Source: an uncultured Lachnospiraceae bacterium (GTDB lineage: Bacteria > Bacillota > Clostridia > Eubacteriales > Anaerofustaceae). From it: a stretch of DNA of 64,000 bases. The position numbers and the translations under genes were made by a program. Of this stretch, positions 46,545-56,403 are shown one piece after another (the stretch's first letter is position 1; every line of letters starts with the position of its first letter). The notes beneath the pieces are model-generated. The model had not been told where the DNA came from and searched no databases. It saw nothing but the letters and a program-made list of their open reading frames with translations. The DNA is taken from positions 15,015-79,014 of the forward strand of contig CAYUFL010000001.1 of NCBI GenBank assembly GCA_964444065.1. The letters are read 5' to 3'.

Positions 46545-46871
46545 TTACAGTCCCTGTTTTCCCGTGCTGATCGTGTATGCATCCAATACGGGACTGACGA
46601 AGATTCTTCCGTCGCCGTAGTTCCCTTTTTCGCCTGTTCGTGCAATGCGCAAAATTACTTTCACAACATCGTCTTTTTCATCGTCATTGACGACCATCAT
46701 CAGCATTTGTTTCGGAATCTCGTCATACTGCACATCGCCTATGACGATCCCTTTTTGTTTGCCGCGTCCGAACACGTCCGATTTCGTTACTGCAGGAAAG
46801 CCTGCCGACATCAATTCTGACAGTACCGCTCCTGCTTTTTCGGGTCTGATAATCGCTCTGATTAATATCAT
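46545..46871 (-). CDS. nifI1: PII-like nitrogenase regulator NifI1
   Basis: 108 aa. MILIRAIIRPEK...GDGRIFVSPV, GlnB-like, between nifH and nifI2. Confidence 0.85.
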   Translation of the reverse strand: MILIRAIIRPEKAGAVLSELMSAGFPAVTKSDVFGRGKQKGIVIGDVQYDEIPKQMLMMVVNDDEKDDVVKVILRIARTGEKGNYGDGRIFVSPVLDAYTISTGKQGL

Positions 46872-46890
46872 AATTTTCTTCCTCTCTTCC

Positions 46891-47727
<837 letters not shown>

Positions 47728-47739
47728 TTATAAAATGAA

Positions 47740-47769
47740 AACGAGATCCTCCCGTAGGAAGACCTCGTT
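47740..47769 (-). promoter_or_regulatory. Terminator-like hairpin in the nifH leader, immediately upstream of the SD
   Basis: Minus-strand RNA: AACGAGGUCUUCC-UAC-GGGAGGAUCUCGUU (about 13 bp with G-U pairs and one bulge), followed by UUCAUUUUAU, then AGGAGG and the ATG. Confidence 0.45.
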
Positions 47770-47895
47770 GTCTTAACTTTTCATTTATTAAGTATATATG
47801 GACTTTTCTTTATTATACAATGTATATATAAATATTATTTTATTTATTTATGTATATTCGTATATTCACATTATATCATTGATTGTGTGTCTGTG

Positions 47896-47924
47896 ATTAT
47901 ATCAAGTACTCAAAATTTTGTCAA
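47896..47924 (-). promoter_or_regulatory. Perfect consensus sigma-A promoter of the nif operon
   Basis: On the minus strand: TTGACA (47924-47919), 17 nt, TATAAT (47901-47896). Predicts a leader of about 175 nt. Confidence 0.65.
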
Positions 47925-47983
47925 ATCTTTTTTTCATTAAGATAAAAAATTTACACAATACCTGCTTTGACTTGATCCGACAC

Positions 47984-48949
47984 CTAAAAATGACAAGAGC
48001 TGCAAGAAGAACAATCTCCGCCGGTGCATCCGCTGTGCGGTTTAAAATCCGTCTCATACTCTTTTCGGATGACAAATTGATCCGCCGCATAAGAAAATTC
48101 CTCTGCGGTTTCACCGTTGTCAATCACCACTTTGTCTCCGATGATGCGCACAGTCAATGGTATTTTTTCCATTGCATCATCATCGGTCATACTCGGGGCA
48201 AACGATGGCGCAATCACTTTTTTTGAGCCGTCCGCACAGAATACCGCAATACTGCAATATGATGAGGTAAACCCTATTATATTGCCGAGCTGATCGAATT
48301 TCAGCGAATTGTCGTCACTTTCAATCCCGATTGCATGTTCGTCATAAACCGTCACATTTCCGAGCGGTGTAACAATCGGAATCGGATAAGCAGGCTCCAA
48401 TGACTTGATCTCTCCGGATTCATAGAGCGCAAATCCGATCTGCACCGGGAACAGACCCACATTGGTATTGATCACGATTTCTTCTCCGGACCACAACGTG
48501 AAAGATTTCAGTGCACCGGACTCATAGAATGTTACGCCGATGATGCGCACTTTGAAGGCACCGACAGACAGGTGAAACTGCAATTCTTCGCTGAGCGCTG
48601 TCTCATCCTCGATTGTCCAATATCCGCTGAGTTTCCCATTGAGCGGAAAAAAATGCTTGAGCGCGCCGTTCGGATAAAAGATCACGCATTCCGCAGGATA
48701 ACTGCCGATCGGTGTTTCGATCATCGTCTGTGTTTCCAATGCGAGTCGCTTGATCGAACCGTCTTCATAGAAACTGACTGAACTGATATATTTTTGTCTC
48801 ACTTGCTCATCCGTATATTTCGGTATCAATGTGCCGCATACGGTTTTGATCTCATTTTCGGCTTCTAAGGTCAATTCTTTCATTGTGCCGTTATCGTATG
48901 TTTCGGTTCTGGCAATACCTTTCCAGTCTTTTCTATCTATTTTCATCAT
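47984..48949 (-). CDS. MORN/YwqK-type repeat protein with Cys/His-rich C-terminal tail
   Basis: 321 aa from ATG 48949 (ATGA overlap with the upstream stop). Repeats YDNGTMKELTL / YEDGSIKRLAL / YPNGALKHFFP / YESGALKSFTL / YESGEIKSLEP. Tail HSGCTGGDCSSCSSCHF. Confidence 0.5.
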   Translation of the reverse strand: MMKIDRKDWKGIARTETYDNGTMKELTLEAENEIKTVCGTLIPKYTDEQVRQKYISSVSFYEDGSIKRLALETQTMIETPIGSYPAECVIFYPNGALKHFFPLNGKLSGYWTIEDETALSEELQFHLSVGAFKVRIIGVTFYESGALKSFTLWSGEEIVINTNVGLFPVQIGFALYESGEIKSLEPAYPIPIVTPLGNVTVYDEHAIGIESDDNSLKFDQLGNIIGFTSSYCSIAVFCADGSKKVIAPSFAPSMTDDDAMEKIPLTVRIIGDKVVIDNGETAEEFSYAADQFVIRKEYETDFKPHSGCTGGDCSSCSSCHF

Positions 48950-49575
48950 TCGTAACACGCCTTTCGTGTAATGATGTACCGCTTTGCGGTATCATCGAGT
49001 ATCTCTGTCGTGTACCCATAGTTCTTTCTCTGCATCAATTCTTCTGTCCAGGGAGGCAAATGATTACAGATCAGTTCAAATCGGTAAAATACTGTGCTTT
49101 CCATAAAATGCAGCATCGCTTTTTTGGAAGATATTTCAGGGAACTGCTGCTGCAATTCCATCAGATTCAGATAATAAACCCCATCATCATTCGGACAGAC
49201 CGGCTCTTTCGGAATGTTACGCAACGCTTGCGCCGCTTCTTCCGCTTCATCCAGATCAGCTAAAATCTGCTCAAAAATCCCATCCACGATCTCTTCCGCC
49301 TCAAAAATTTCAAAGCCGTGTTTTTCAAATATATGATAAGCCACTCCACTCATTTTGCGACAGATCAGTATCCTGCACTCACCGAGCTGTTCAATCAGTT
49401 CCCGCACCCGATTGCGAATGATCACCATATCTGAAGCATCGCCGATGCTCCACGCTATTGCTTTTTCCACATACCACTCGGAAGATCCCTTCCGATAAAT
49501 CTGTACACTGACGCATTCTTCCGCAGGCACTGTTCTGTTTTCCTTATCTGTCAATACCGCAATACGATGATCCAT
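48946..49575 (-). CDS. AnfO-like / NifX-fold nitrogenase accessory-like protein
   Basis: ORF to 49758. ATG 49575 follows GGAGGAGGA. 209 aa. The N-terminal ~95 aa has the NifX/NifB-C/AnfO-type pattern (RIAVLTD...GECRILICRKMSGVAYHIFEKHGFEIFE). C-terminus has ELICNHLPPW. Confidence 0.5.
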   Translation of the reverse strand: MDHRIAVLTDKENRTVPAEECVSVQIYRKGSSEWYVEKAIAWSIGDASDMVIIRNRVRELIEQLGECRILICRKMSGVAYHIFEKHGFEIFEAEEIVDGIFEQILADLDEAEEAAQALRNIPKEPVCPNDDGVYYLNLMELQQQFPEISSKKAMLHFMESTVFYRFELICNHLPPWTEELMQRKNYGYTTEILDDTAKRYIITRKACYE

Positions 49576-49607
49576 GAATCTTCCTCCTCCCGGAATGAAC
49601 AAGAAAA

Positions 49608-49627
49608 GCGCAACCTTTCGGCTGCGC
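49608..49627 (-). promoter_or_regulatory. GNRA-capped hairpin plus U-tract in the leader of the AnfO-like gene
   Basis: Minus-strand RNA GCGCAGCC-GAAA-GGUUGCGC followed by UUUUCUUGUUC, about 20 nt upstream of the SD. An extended -10 TGaTACAAT lies at 49641-49649. Confidence 0.4.
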
Positions 49628-49828
49628 CCTTGCATAATGTATTGTATCATGGGAAAAGAAGAAAAAGCAACGATTGAAAGATTAAAATATAACGGAAAAG
49701 GTTTACAACCGGGAATTGACACCCAAAGATGCGATATATTTTGAATCTGATCAGGCATCCTGCTATGTTCGCATACGATTCACTTCTCATTCCTATATTT
49801 TCTTCATTACAGTCAACTTTCATCCCGC

Positions 49829-49859
49829 AAAAAAAACACGGTGCGTTAAGCCCCGTGTT
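49829..49859 (-). terminator. Intrinsic terminator after rplY
   Basis: Stem AACACGG / CCGTGTT followed on the minus strand by TTTTTTTT. Confidence 0.6.
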
Positions 49860-49964
49860 GATCTCTGATCATAATCTTACTCAAAAGTCGGACGAGATAC
49901 CTCCGATCAACCGAACCGTACGATCGAAAAGTGATTGAAGGCAGCCCGAAATACCGGATACAGA

Positions 49965-50528
49965 CTATTCAGCTGCTTCAGCAACTGCATAGCCCTGCAC
50001 AACCGCAGCATAGATGTCATCTTCAGCATCTTCGATTTTAATTTTTTTGTTTAGTTTAAAATCCTTGCGCGTAATTTTATCTCCAAGTGCTTTTTGCGAA
50101 ACATCAATTTCAATTGACTCCGGCATCATATTCAGCGTGCCGTTCAGGTTCACTTCGTTTTTGTGTATTTTCAGTGTCAACAGTCTGTTTTTCAATTCAC
50201 CTTCGCCGACAAACACCAACGGAACTTTAAAGCTCTGTATATGTTCCTTAGACATGATTTGCACATCCACATGAATAATGCGTCCCGAAACGGGTTCTCT
50301 TTGTATTTCTTTGATCATGCCCGGGTTCTTGTTTTTGTTGTATACCACCGATACTTTCGCATTCGCACCGTGGGCAGTGAGGATTCGAACAAGTTCTGAC
50401 GTTTCAAATTTCACAGCTGCGGAACCTTCCGTTCCGTCCCCGTATAATACGCCGGGCACAAATCCGCTTTCCTTAAATTTTCCCCTTTTATTGATTCTTT
50501 CCGTTGCCTGTAACTTCACTTCTTCCAT
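49965..50528 (-). CDS. rplY: 50S ribosomal protein L25 / general stress protein Ctc
   Basis: 187 aa. RINKRGKFKESGFVPGVLYG...VHVDVQ pattern of the L25/Ctc family. Confidence 0.9.
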   Translation of the reverse strand: MEEVKLQATERINKRGKFKESGFVPGVLYGDGTEGSAAVKFETSELVRILTAHGANAKVSVVYNKNKNPGMIKEIQREPVSGRIIHVDVQIMSKEHIQSFKVPLVFVGEGELKNRLLTLKIHKNEVNLNGTLNMMPESIEIDVSQKALGDKITRKDFKLNKKIKIEDAEDDIYAAVVQGYAVAEAAE

Positions 50529-50875
50529 CGCTTCTCCTTTTGGCGTTCTGCCAATCCCCTATTCTGTGTTACTTCATCAGAGCACTCCTTATTGAAATAA
50601 CACATCGGGATCACAATACTTTCGAATATTGGACCCATTCATTTCATACAAGGGCTGATACAATGAACGGTTGTAATAATTTTATACCCAATCGCTGAAA
50701 ATAGCCATGTTTTAAGCATAGTTTAATTATTTTATCAGGTATGATATCGAAAAAATCCCCACATCAGACGAAAGAACACACCGACCGAATACAGATCAGC
50801 CGCTGTGTTCTCATTTTTTCCTGCCGATTCACTCGTTTGCAAGCGACGAAGTCAGCAATAATGTTTTGGACAGTT

Positions 50876-51985
50876 TTATATTTCAAATGGAAAACGGTGC
50901 GTAAGGTTAAGCGCATTCCGAACTTCGATCAGTTCCTTCTGCACGGCATCGCCGACAGGAACACCCTTGTCTTTTCGTTCCAGCCAGCTCAGATATTCTT
51001 TTTCTCCTGCGGTGTAAATACGAGCTTCCCCCGGAGCAATTTGGGACGCACGCAGTTCGCGCAGGATATCTCCTGCCGTTTTTTTGAACGACTCGGAACC
51101 GAGGAATGCTTCGGTATCAATTGCGATAAAGAAGTGTCCCAAATGATACGGCACCTTTTCTCCTTGTTCGCCGATGCCTGTGAGCATTTTCAAATAATTG
51201 CCTGCCTGCAGTGCGGCAGATAATATTTCAACCACTGTCGCATAGCCGTAGCCTTTATATCCCGCAAGCTCTTCGCCGATACCGCCGAGCGGAGCCAGTG
51301 CTGCTTCGCCTTTTGTCAGATCGACAAGAATCTGTTCGCTGTCAGTCATGGCTTTTCCGTCCCGTCCGATCACCATACCCGCAGGCGTGTCCTTACCGAT
51401 GCGTTCGTAATATTCGATTTTCCCGCGCTGCGTGATGCTCGTTGCGCAGTCCAACACAAACGGGAAGTCTTCGTCAGTCGGCATCCCGACGGTCAGCGGA
51501 TTGGTACCCAGCATATTTTCCACACCGAACGTCGGCGCAATCGACGGTCTCGCATTCGTACCGGTGATACCGATCATGTTTTCTTTCGTTGCCATGGTCG
51601 CGTAATATCCCGCAATTCCGTAGTGGGTCGAATTGCGTGCGGCAACCATTCCCATCCCGTATTTTTTCGCTTTTTCAATCGCCATACGCATCGCCTTGTA
51701 TCCAACCACCATACCCATACCGTCATGTCCGTCAACCACAGCCGTCGTCGGCGTTTCTTTGAGTATTTCAAATTCCGTTACCGGTTTTTGTATTCCCGCA
51801 TTGATGCGATCGATATAAATCGGTTTGAAGCGATTGCAGCCGTGGCTCTCGATGCCCCGTCTGTCGCTTTCCATCAATATATCGGCACAAATTGCGGCAT
51901 CCTCTTTCGGCACTCCGATTTTCTCGAATGCTGCCTGCATAAAATCTCCGATCAGCTCCCACGATACATACGGTCTGGTTTCCAT
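50876..51985 (-). CDS. Ldh_2-family (malate/L-lactate/ureidoglycolate-type) oxidoreductase
   Basis: ORF to 52336. ATG 51985 follows AGGAGG. 369 aa. ADILMESDRRGIESHGCNRF...NSTHYGIAGYY motifs. Confidence 0.8.
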   Translation of the reverse strand: METRPYVSWELIGDFMQAAFEKIGVPKEDAAICADILMESDRRGIESHGCNRFKPIYIDRINAGIQKPVTEFEILKETPTTAVVDGHDGMGMVVGYKAMRMAIEKAKKYGMGMVAARNSTHYGIAGYYATMATKENMIGITGTNARPSIAPTFGVENMLGTNPLTVGMPTDEDFPFVLDCATSITQRGKIEYYERIGKDTPAGMVIGRDGKAMTDSEQILVDLTKGEAALAPLGGIGEELAGYKGYGYATVVEILSAALQAGNYLKMLTGIGEQGEKVPYHLGHFFIAIDTEAFLGSESFKKTAGDILRELRASQIAPGEARIYTAGEKEYLSWLERKDKGVPVGDAVQKELIEVRNALNLTHRFPFEI

Positions 51986-52191
51986 GTTTCCTCCTAAGGT
52001 TGCATTATAAACGCGTTTTCTTTTATTTATTATATCATATGCTTCCGTCTTTATTTTGATGAATTGTCCGTATTTCTCAATCGGATTTGCGTGCGTTACA
52101 AACGACTTCGCACTGAATTGTTTTCTGCTATAATGGAATAAAGAAAAAACAACAATGCACTCTCTGCAGAAAGGCAGGCACAGGCAAAACG

Positions 52192-52782
52192 ATGTGCGGA
52201 AGATATTTATTCCTTTTCGACAATGATCATGAATATTATGAAACGATACGCGAAGCGGCAGGAAACGATCCAAACGCCGTGAGCTTTGCCGACGGGCAAG
52301 TCGCTCCTTCGAGCTATGCGCCTGTCTTATTCGCACAGGATAATCAGATCAAAGTAAAGTTTCTCACTTGGGGCTACCCCGGATTTGAAGGAAAAAGGCT
52401 GATTATCAATGCCAGAAGAGAAAGTGCGGCACAAAAGCCGATGTTTCGCACCTCGCTTGATTTTGGACGCTGTGCCATTCCCTCAAGCGGCTTTTTCGAG
52501 TGGCAGAAAAGCACAGGAAAACAGTATTTATTTGAGATGCCGGGACAATCGATCCTTTATATGGCAGGACTGTACGCGTCATTTGACGGTGTGGAACGTT
52601 TCGTGATTCTGACCGGGCAGGCGAATGATTCCGTTGCCATGATCCACAATCGCATGCCGCTCGTACTGACCGAACAAACTTACAAATCTTGGCTCACAGA
52701 CCCCGCCGTTGCAAAACAAATACTTTCTACCCCCCTGCCGATGCTTTCACGCAGTGCATATTCCCTTTCATTACTCGATTAA
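52192..52782 (+). CDS. SOS-response-associated peptidase (SRAP/YedK, abasic-site processing)
   Basis: 196 aa beginning MCGRY (catalytic Cys2). INARRES and FFEWQK motifs. Confidence 0.85.
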   Translation: MCGRYLFLFDNDHEYYETIREAAGNDPNAVSFADGQVAPSSYAPVLFAQDNQIKVKFLTWGYPGFEGKRLIINARRESAAQKPMFRTSLDFGRCAIPSSGFFEWQKSTGKQYLFEMPGQSILYMAGLYASFDGVERFVILTGQANDSVAMIHNRMPLVLTEQTYKSWLTDPAVAKQILSTPLPMLSRSAYSLSLLD

Positions 52783-52873
52783 TCAGAAAGCCAAGTTTTC
52801 CGAAATATATAAAAATGATTGAGAATCAATAAAATCAATGTTACAATGTAAGCAGGGAAAAGGGGGTGGTTGC

Positions 52874-54061
52874 ATGCCTGAAATCGAAATTTATATGCTC
52901 GGCAAGTTCATGATTCTTGTCGACGGTCATGATATCATAGAAAAATTGGGAAACTCGAAAAAGAAACTTGAATTACTTGAATTCTTTATTTTGAACAGGA
53001 ATAAAGATGTTTCCGCATTTGATCTTTTTGATGTTTTATGGCCAACCAACGATAATACCAATCCGGAAAGTTCGTTAAAAACACTGATCAGCCGTCTTCG
53101 TGCCGATCTGAAGCAGTTTGAATTAAGTGATATGATCCTCACCAAAGGCAGCTACTATACGTGGAATGAGTCCATACAAACAGCAATTGATGTTTACGAA
53201 TTGGAACATCTGTGCACGGAAATCAAGTCATACAACGAATTGACGCCGCAGGCAGAAAATTGTTTTGAGAGAGTTCTTCACTTATACCAGGGAGATCTTC
53301 TTCCCCATTCGAATCTGGAAGCTTGGGTGATTCCCAAAAGCATGCATTACCACAACCTATATCTGAATGCGCTGCAAAAGTATATCCTCATGCTGAAAGA
53401 AGAAAAACGTTATGAAGATATTATCCATGTGTGCAGAAAAGGGCTCGAAATCGATGCTTTTGATTCCACGCTCAATCTGGAACTGATGGTCGCGCTTGTA
53501 AATCTCGGTAAAAATAAAGAAGCACTTGAGCAATATAAATGTACCATCGGTATGCACTATACTTACCTTGGTATGAAACCTTCCGACGAAATACTCGACT
53601 TTTATAAAAAACTGATCGCAATTGAACGCACTTCCGGCGGCAACATTGATACCATTCTGAATGATCTGCTCGAAAAAGATGATGACGATGCGGGTGCATT
53701 TGTATGTGAATATGCGATCTTCAAGGATATTTATCGCATCAACATGCGTAATCTGAAACGCTTGGGCACCTCGATGTTCCTTGCGCTCGTTTCATTGGAT
53801 AATATCGACAACACCGCGCTTGATCCGATACGCTTGGATAAAATGATGAACGAGTTGGTAATGGTTCTGAAACTGAACTTGCGCAAAGGGGATACCATTG
53901 CGCGCTTCAGTCCTTATCAATACGCGCTTCTGCTGCCGACCGTCAATTATCAATCCGGACAGCTTGTCATGGAACGCATGAAAAAAATATTCTATAAACA
54001 ATTTACGACATCGGAATTTATGCTGAACTATAAACTCAAACTGATCAACCAAAACGACTGA
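52874..54061 (+). CDS. SARP-type winged-helix / BTAD regulator with degenerate GGDEF-like C-terminal domain
   Basis: ATG 52874 follows GGGGG. N-terminal IYMLGKFMILVDG...LLEFFILNRNKDVS..LWP (wHTH). BTAD-like helical middle. C-terminal LALVSLDN...LRKGDTIARFSPYQYALLLP, where SPYQY replaces GGDEF. Confidence 0.55.
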   Translation: MPEIEIYMLGKFMILVDGHDIIEKLGNSKKKLELLEFFILNRNKDVSAFDLFDVLWPTNDNTNPESSLKTLISRLRADLKQFELSDMILTKGSYYTWNESIQTAIDVYELEHLCTEIKSYNELTPQAENCFERVLHLYQGDLLPHSNLEAWVIPKSMHYHNLYLNALQKYILMLKEEKRYEDIIHVCRKGLEIDAFDSTLNLELMVALVNLGKNKEALEQYKCTIGMHYTYLGMKPSDEILDFYKKLIAIERTSGGNIDTILNDLLEKDDDDAGAFVCEYAIFKDIYRINMRNLKRLGTSMFLALVSLDNIDNTALDPIRLDKMMNELVMVLKLNLRKGDTIARFSPYQYALLLPTVNYQSGQLVMERMKKIFYKQFTTSEFMLNYKLKLINQND

Positions 54062-54118
54062 GAAAACGACTGAGAAAACTGCTTTGAAATACCGATCAAT
54101 ATCATAATCTTCGTATTC

Positions 54119-54155
54119 AAAAAACCGCGTCACTCAATATGACGCGGTTTCTTTT
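54119..54155. terminator. Bidirectional intrinsic terminator between convergent genes
   Basis: 11-bp stem AAACCGCGTCA / TGACGCGGTTT with flanking A and T runs. Confidence 0.7.
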
Positions 54156-54175
54156 GTGATATCCAACTTTATAAA

Positions 54176-56137
54176 TCAATACTTGGAATCATCACTGACG
54201 TTCTGATTTTTCTTCTCTTTTCGCGGCTGATTGTCCGAAGTCTTCACCTTTTCGACATAGTTGCCGTCACGCAGCGTGAACTGTTCCACCTGCTCGTTCA
54301 GCAGCTGTGCCTGCCCTGCAAGCTCTTCACTCGATGCCGCGCTTTCTTCCGCAACCGCCGAATTGGATTCAACGACGGAAGATATCTGCATGATCCCCTC
54401 ATTGATCTGACTGATACCGATCGACTGTTCATTGGAGGCGTTTGCGATATCTTCCACCAATGCCGCCACACGCTCAATCTGATCCACAATCTCGTTGAGT
54501 GCGGAGGATGTCGATTCCGCAATCTTGGAGCCTTCTTCCACCTTCGTGATCGAATCCTGAATCATATCTGTTGTTTCCTGCGCAGCTTTCGATGAGCGTG
54601 CCGCAAGATTTCTTACTTCTTCCGCTACCACCGCAAATCCTTTTCCGTGCTGTCCCGCGCGGGCTGCTTCCACCGCTGCGTTCAATGCCAGGATATTGGT
54701 CTGGAACGCAATGTCCTCAATCACTTTGATGATTTTATAGATATTGTTTGATGAGGTATTGATATCTTCCATTGCGCCGAGCATCTGCTGCATCTGCGCA
54801 CTGCCTGCATCCGCATTCTGTTTGGTATGCACGGAAAGTTCGTTTGCCTGCCTCGCATTGTCTGCGTTCTGTTTTGTCTGTGCAGCAATTTCTTCGATGG
54901 ATGCAGACAGTTCTTCGATGGAACTCGCCTGTTCCGTTGCACCCTGTGACAATGAAATACTTGAATCCGACACTTGATGCGCGCCCGCAGAAACCTGCTC
55001 TGCAGCTGTTTTGATATTGCTCAGTGCCCGATCCAAACCGTTTGACATTTTGAGGAATGCTTTCGCCAGGCTCCCGATTTCGTCCTTGCGTTTGATCATT
55101 TCTTCCGAAATATCTGCAGTGAAATCACCTTCCGCCATTGTCAGTGCGTATCCCGCCGATATCTTGATCGGTTTGACGACGATATTTGCAATATAGTACG
55201 CTACACCGACACCAAGAACAACAGCGAATATTCCGACCAGAATCAAAATCTTTTCCAAAGCATAAATACTCGCAAAAACTTCCGTTTTCGGAGCACTGAT
55301 CGCGAGCGACCAACTCGCATTCTGAAGCGGTGCGTATCCCATGAATTTTGTGTTGTTATCATAGGTATACTGCCCCACGCCACTTTCACCGTTTACCATT
55401 TTCTGTGTCAGCGCAATCAAGGATGCCTGTTCGGGATCTGTTGATGTCAATACATTTTCCTGTGCAATCACTTTTTCCGTATCCGGATGCGCAATGATAG
55501 TACCATCTTTACTGACAATATAGGCATAACCGGTTTCCCCGTATGTGATATCGATGATATCATTGCTCAGAGCGGTGGCATCTTTCACGGTACACAGCAC
55601 GCCGATGATGCTTCCTGCAGCATTTTTGACAGGTACGGCGATGACCATAATCATTGAGCCGTCCACTTTACTGATGATCGGATCGGAAATAGATTCTTTC
55701 CCCTGTACCGCTTGTTGGAAATAGACTCTGTCCGCATAATTTGCCGTTGACCCTGCTGTGGAATACACGGTATTTCCGCTTGCATCCAGAAAGAACATGG
55801 ATGTGGTGTCGGTTACCGCCATATCGTTATTCGCCAATGCTGCGATCATTGCGATATTCGGCTGCGTTGATTTGAATACGTCATTGCTCGCCAATACAGT
55901 TGCTTCCGCAAAGTATGTTTCGATTTTCTGATCCATATTCTGCGCAGCTTCTTCCGAAAGTTTTGTCAATGACTCTTCGATCGACGCCTGCAGCGATTTT
56001 TGTGAAAAATAACTTGACACGATTGTCAACCCTGCACAGATAACGATCATCATTACCGAAATTGTCAATATCACGACAACCTTCAAACTTTTTTTAACCG
56101 CCTTGGCAGTTTGATTTTTCTGCTTCTTTTCTTTCAT
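54176..56137 (-). CDS. Methyl-accepting chemotaxis protein (Cache-type sensor, HAMP, MA domain), copy 1
   Basis: ORF to 56389. ATG 56137 follows AGGAG. 653 aa. TM1, periplasmic sensor, TM2, HAMP, and the conserved [20 protein letters not shown] signalling hairpin. Confidence 0.9.
   Translation of the reverse strand: MKEKKQKNQTAKAVKKSLKVVVILTISVMMIVICAGLTIVSSYFSQKSLQASIEESLTKLSEEAAQNMDQKIETYFAEATVLASNDVFKSTQPNIAMIAALANNDMAVTDTTSMFFLDASGNTVYSTAGSTANYADRVYFQQAVQGKESISDPIISKVDGSMIMVIAVPVKNAAGSIIGVLCTVKDATALSNDIIDITYGETGYAYIVSKDGTIIAHPDTEKVIAQENVLTSTDPEQASLIALTQKMVNGESGVGQYTYDNNTKFMGYAPLQNASWSLAISAPKTEVFASIYALEKILILVGIFAVVLGVGVAYYIANIVVKPIKISAGYALTMAEGDFTADISEEMIKRKDEIGSLAKAFLKMSNGLDRALSNIKTAAEQVSAGAHQVSDSSISLSQGATEQASSIEELSASIEEIAAQTKQNADNARQANELSVHTKQNADAGSAQMQQMLGAMEDINTSSNNIYKIIKVIEDIAFQTNILALNAAVEAARAGQHGKGFAVVAEEVRNLAARSSKAAQETTDMIQDSITKVEEGSKIAESTSSALNEIVDQIERVAALVEDIANASNEQSIGISQINEGIMQISSVVESNSAVAEESAASSEELAGQAQLLNEQVEQFTLRDGNYVEKVKTSDNQPRKEKKNQNVSDDSKY
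54315..55750. repeat. Direct repeat unit A (about 1.43 kb, apparently identical to 56543-57978)
   Basis: Constant offset of 2228 nt. Spot-checked sequence lines and all overlapping six-frame ORF translations are identical. Flanking gene ends differ by scattered substitutions. Confidence 0.85.
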
Positions 56138-56345
56138 TTCTGACTCCTTTTTATGCCTTCCCTTATTCCGTATTGATGTCAAATTCAGCACATTACCATT
56201 CCTGATCAGGTTTTCTGTCGGATTTACACAATAACGCTTGTTAATTCTATCTATTATTTTCGACAGGTTTTTAAAAAAAATTACTGATTTAAAAAAAATA
56301 TTACAATATTTTACTGTATCACATTTTTCAATTACACTCGAACGC

Positions 56346-56382
56346 AAAAAAAGAAGAGAAACCGGAAACCGATTTCTCTTCT
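56346..56382 (-). terminator. Intrinsic terminator after MCP copy 2
   Basis: 14-bp stem (one mismatch) AGAAGAGAAACCGG / CCGATTTCTCTTCT followed on the minus strand by TTTTTTT. Confidence 0.6.
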
Positions 56383-56403
56383 CTGCCAAGTCTGTATTTT
56401 GAA

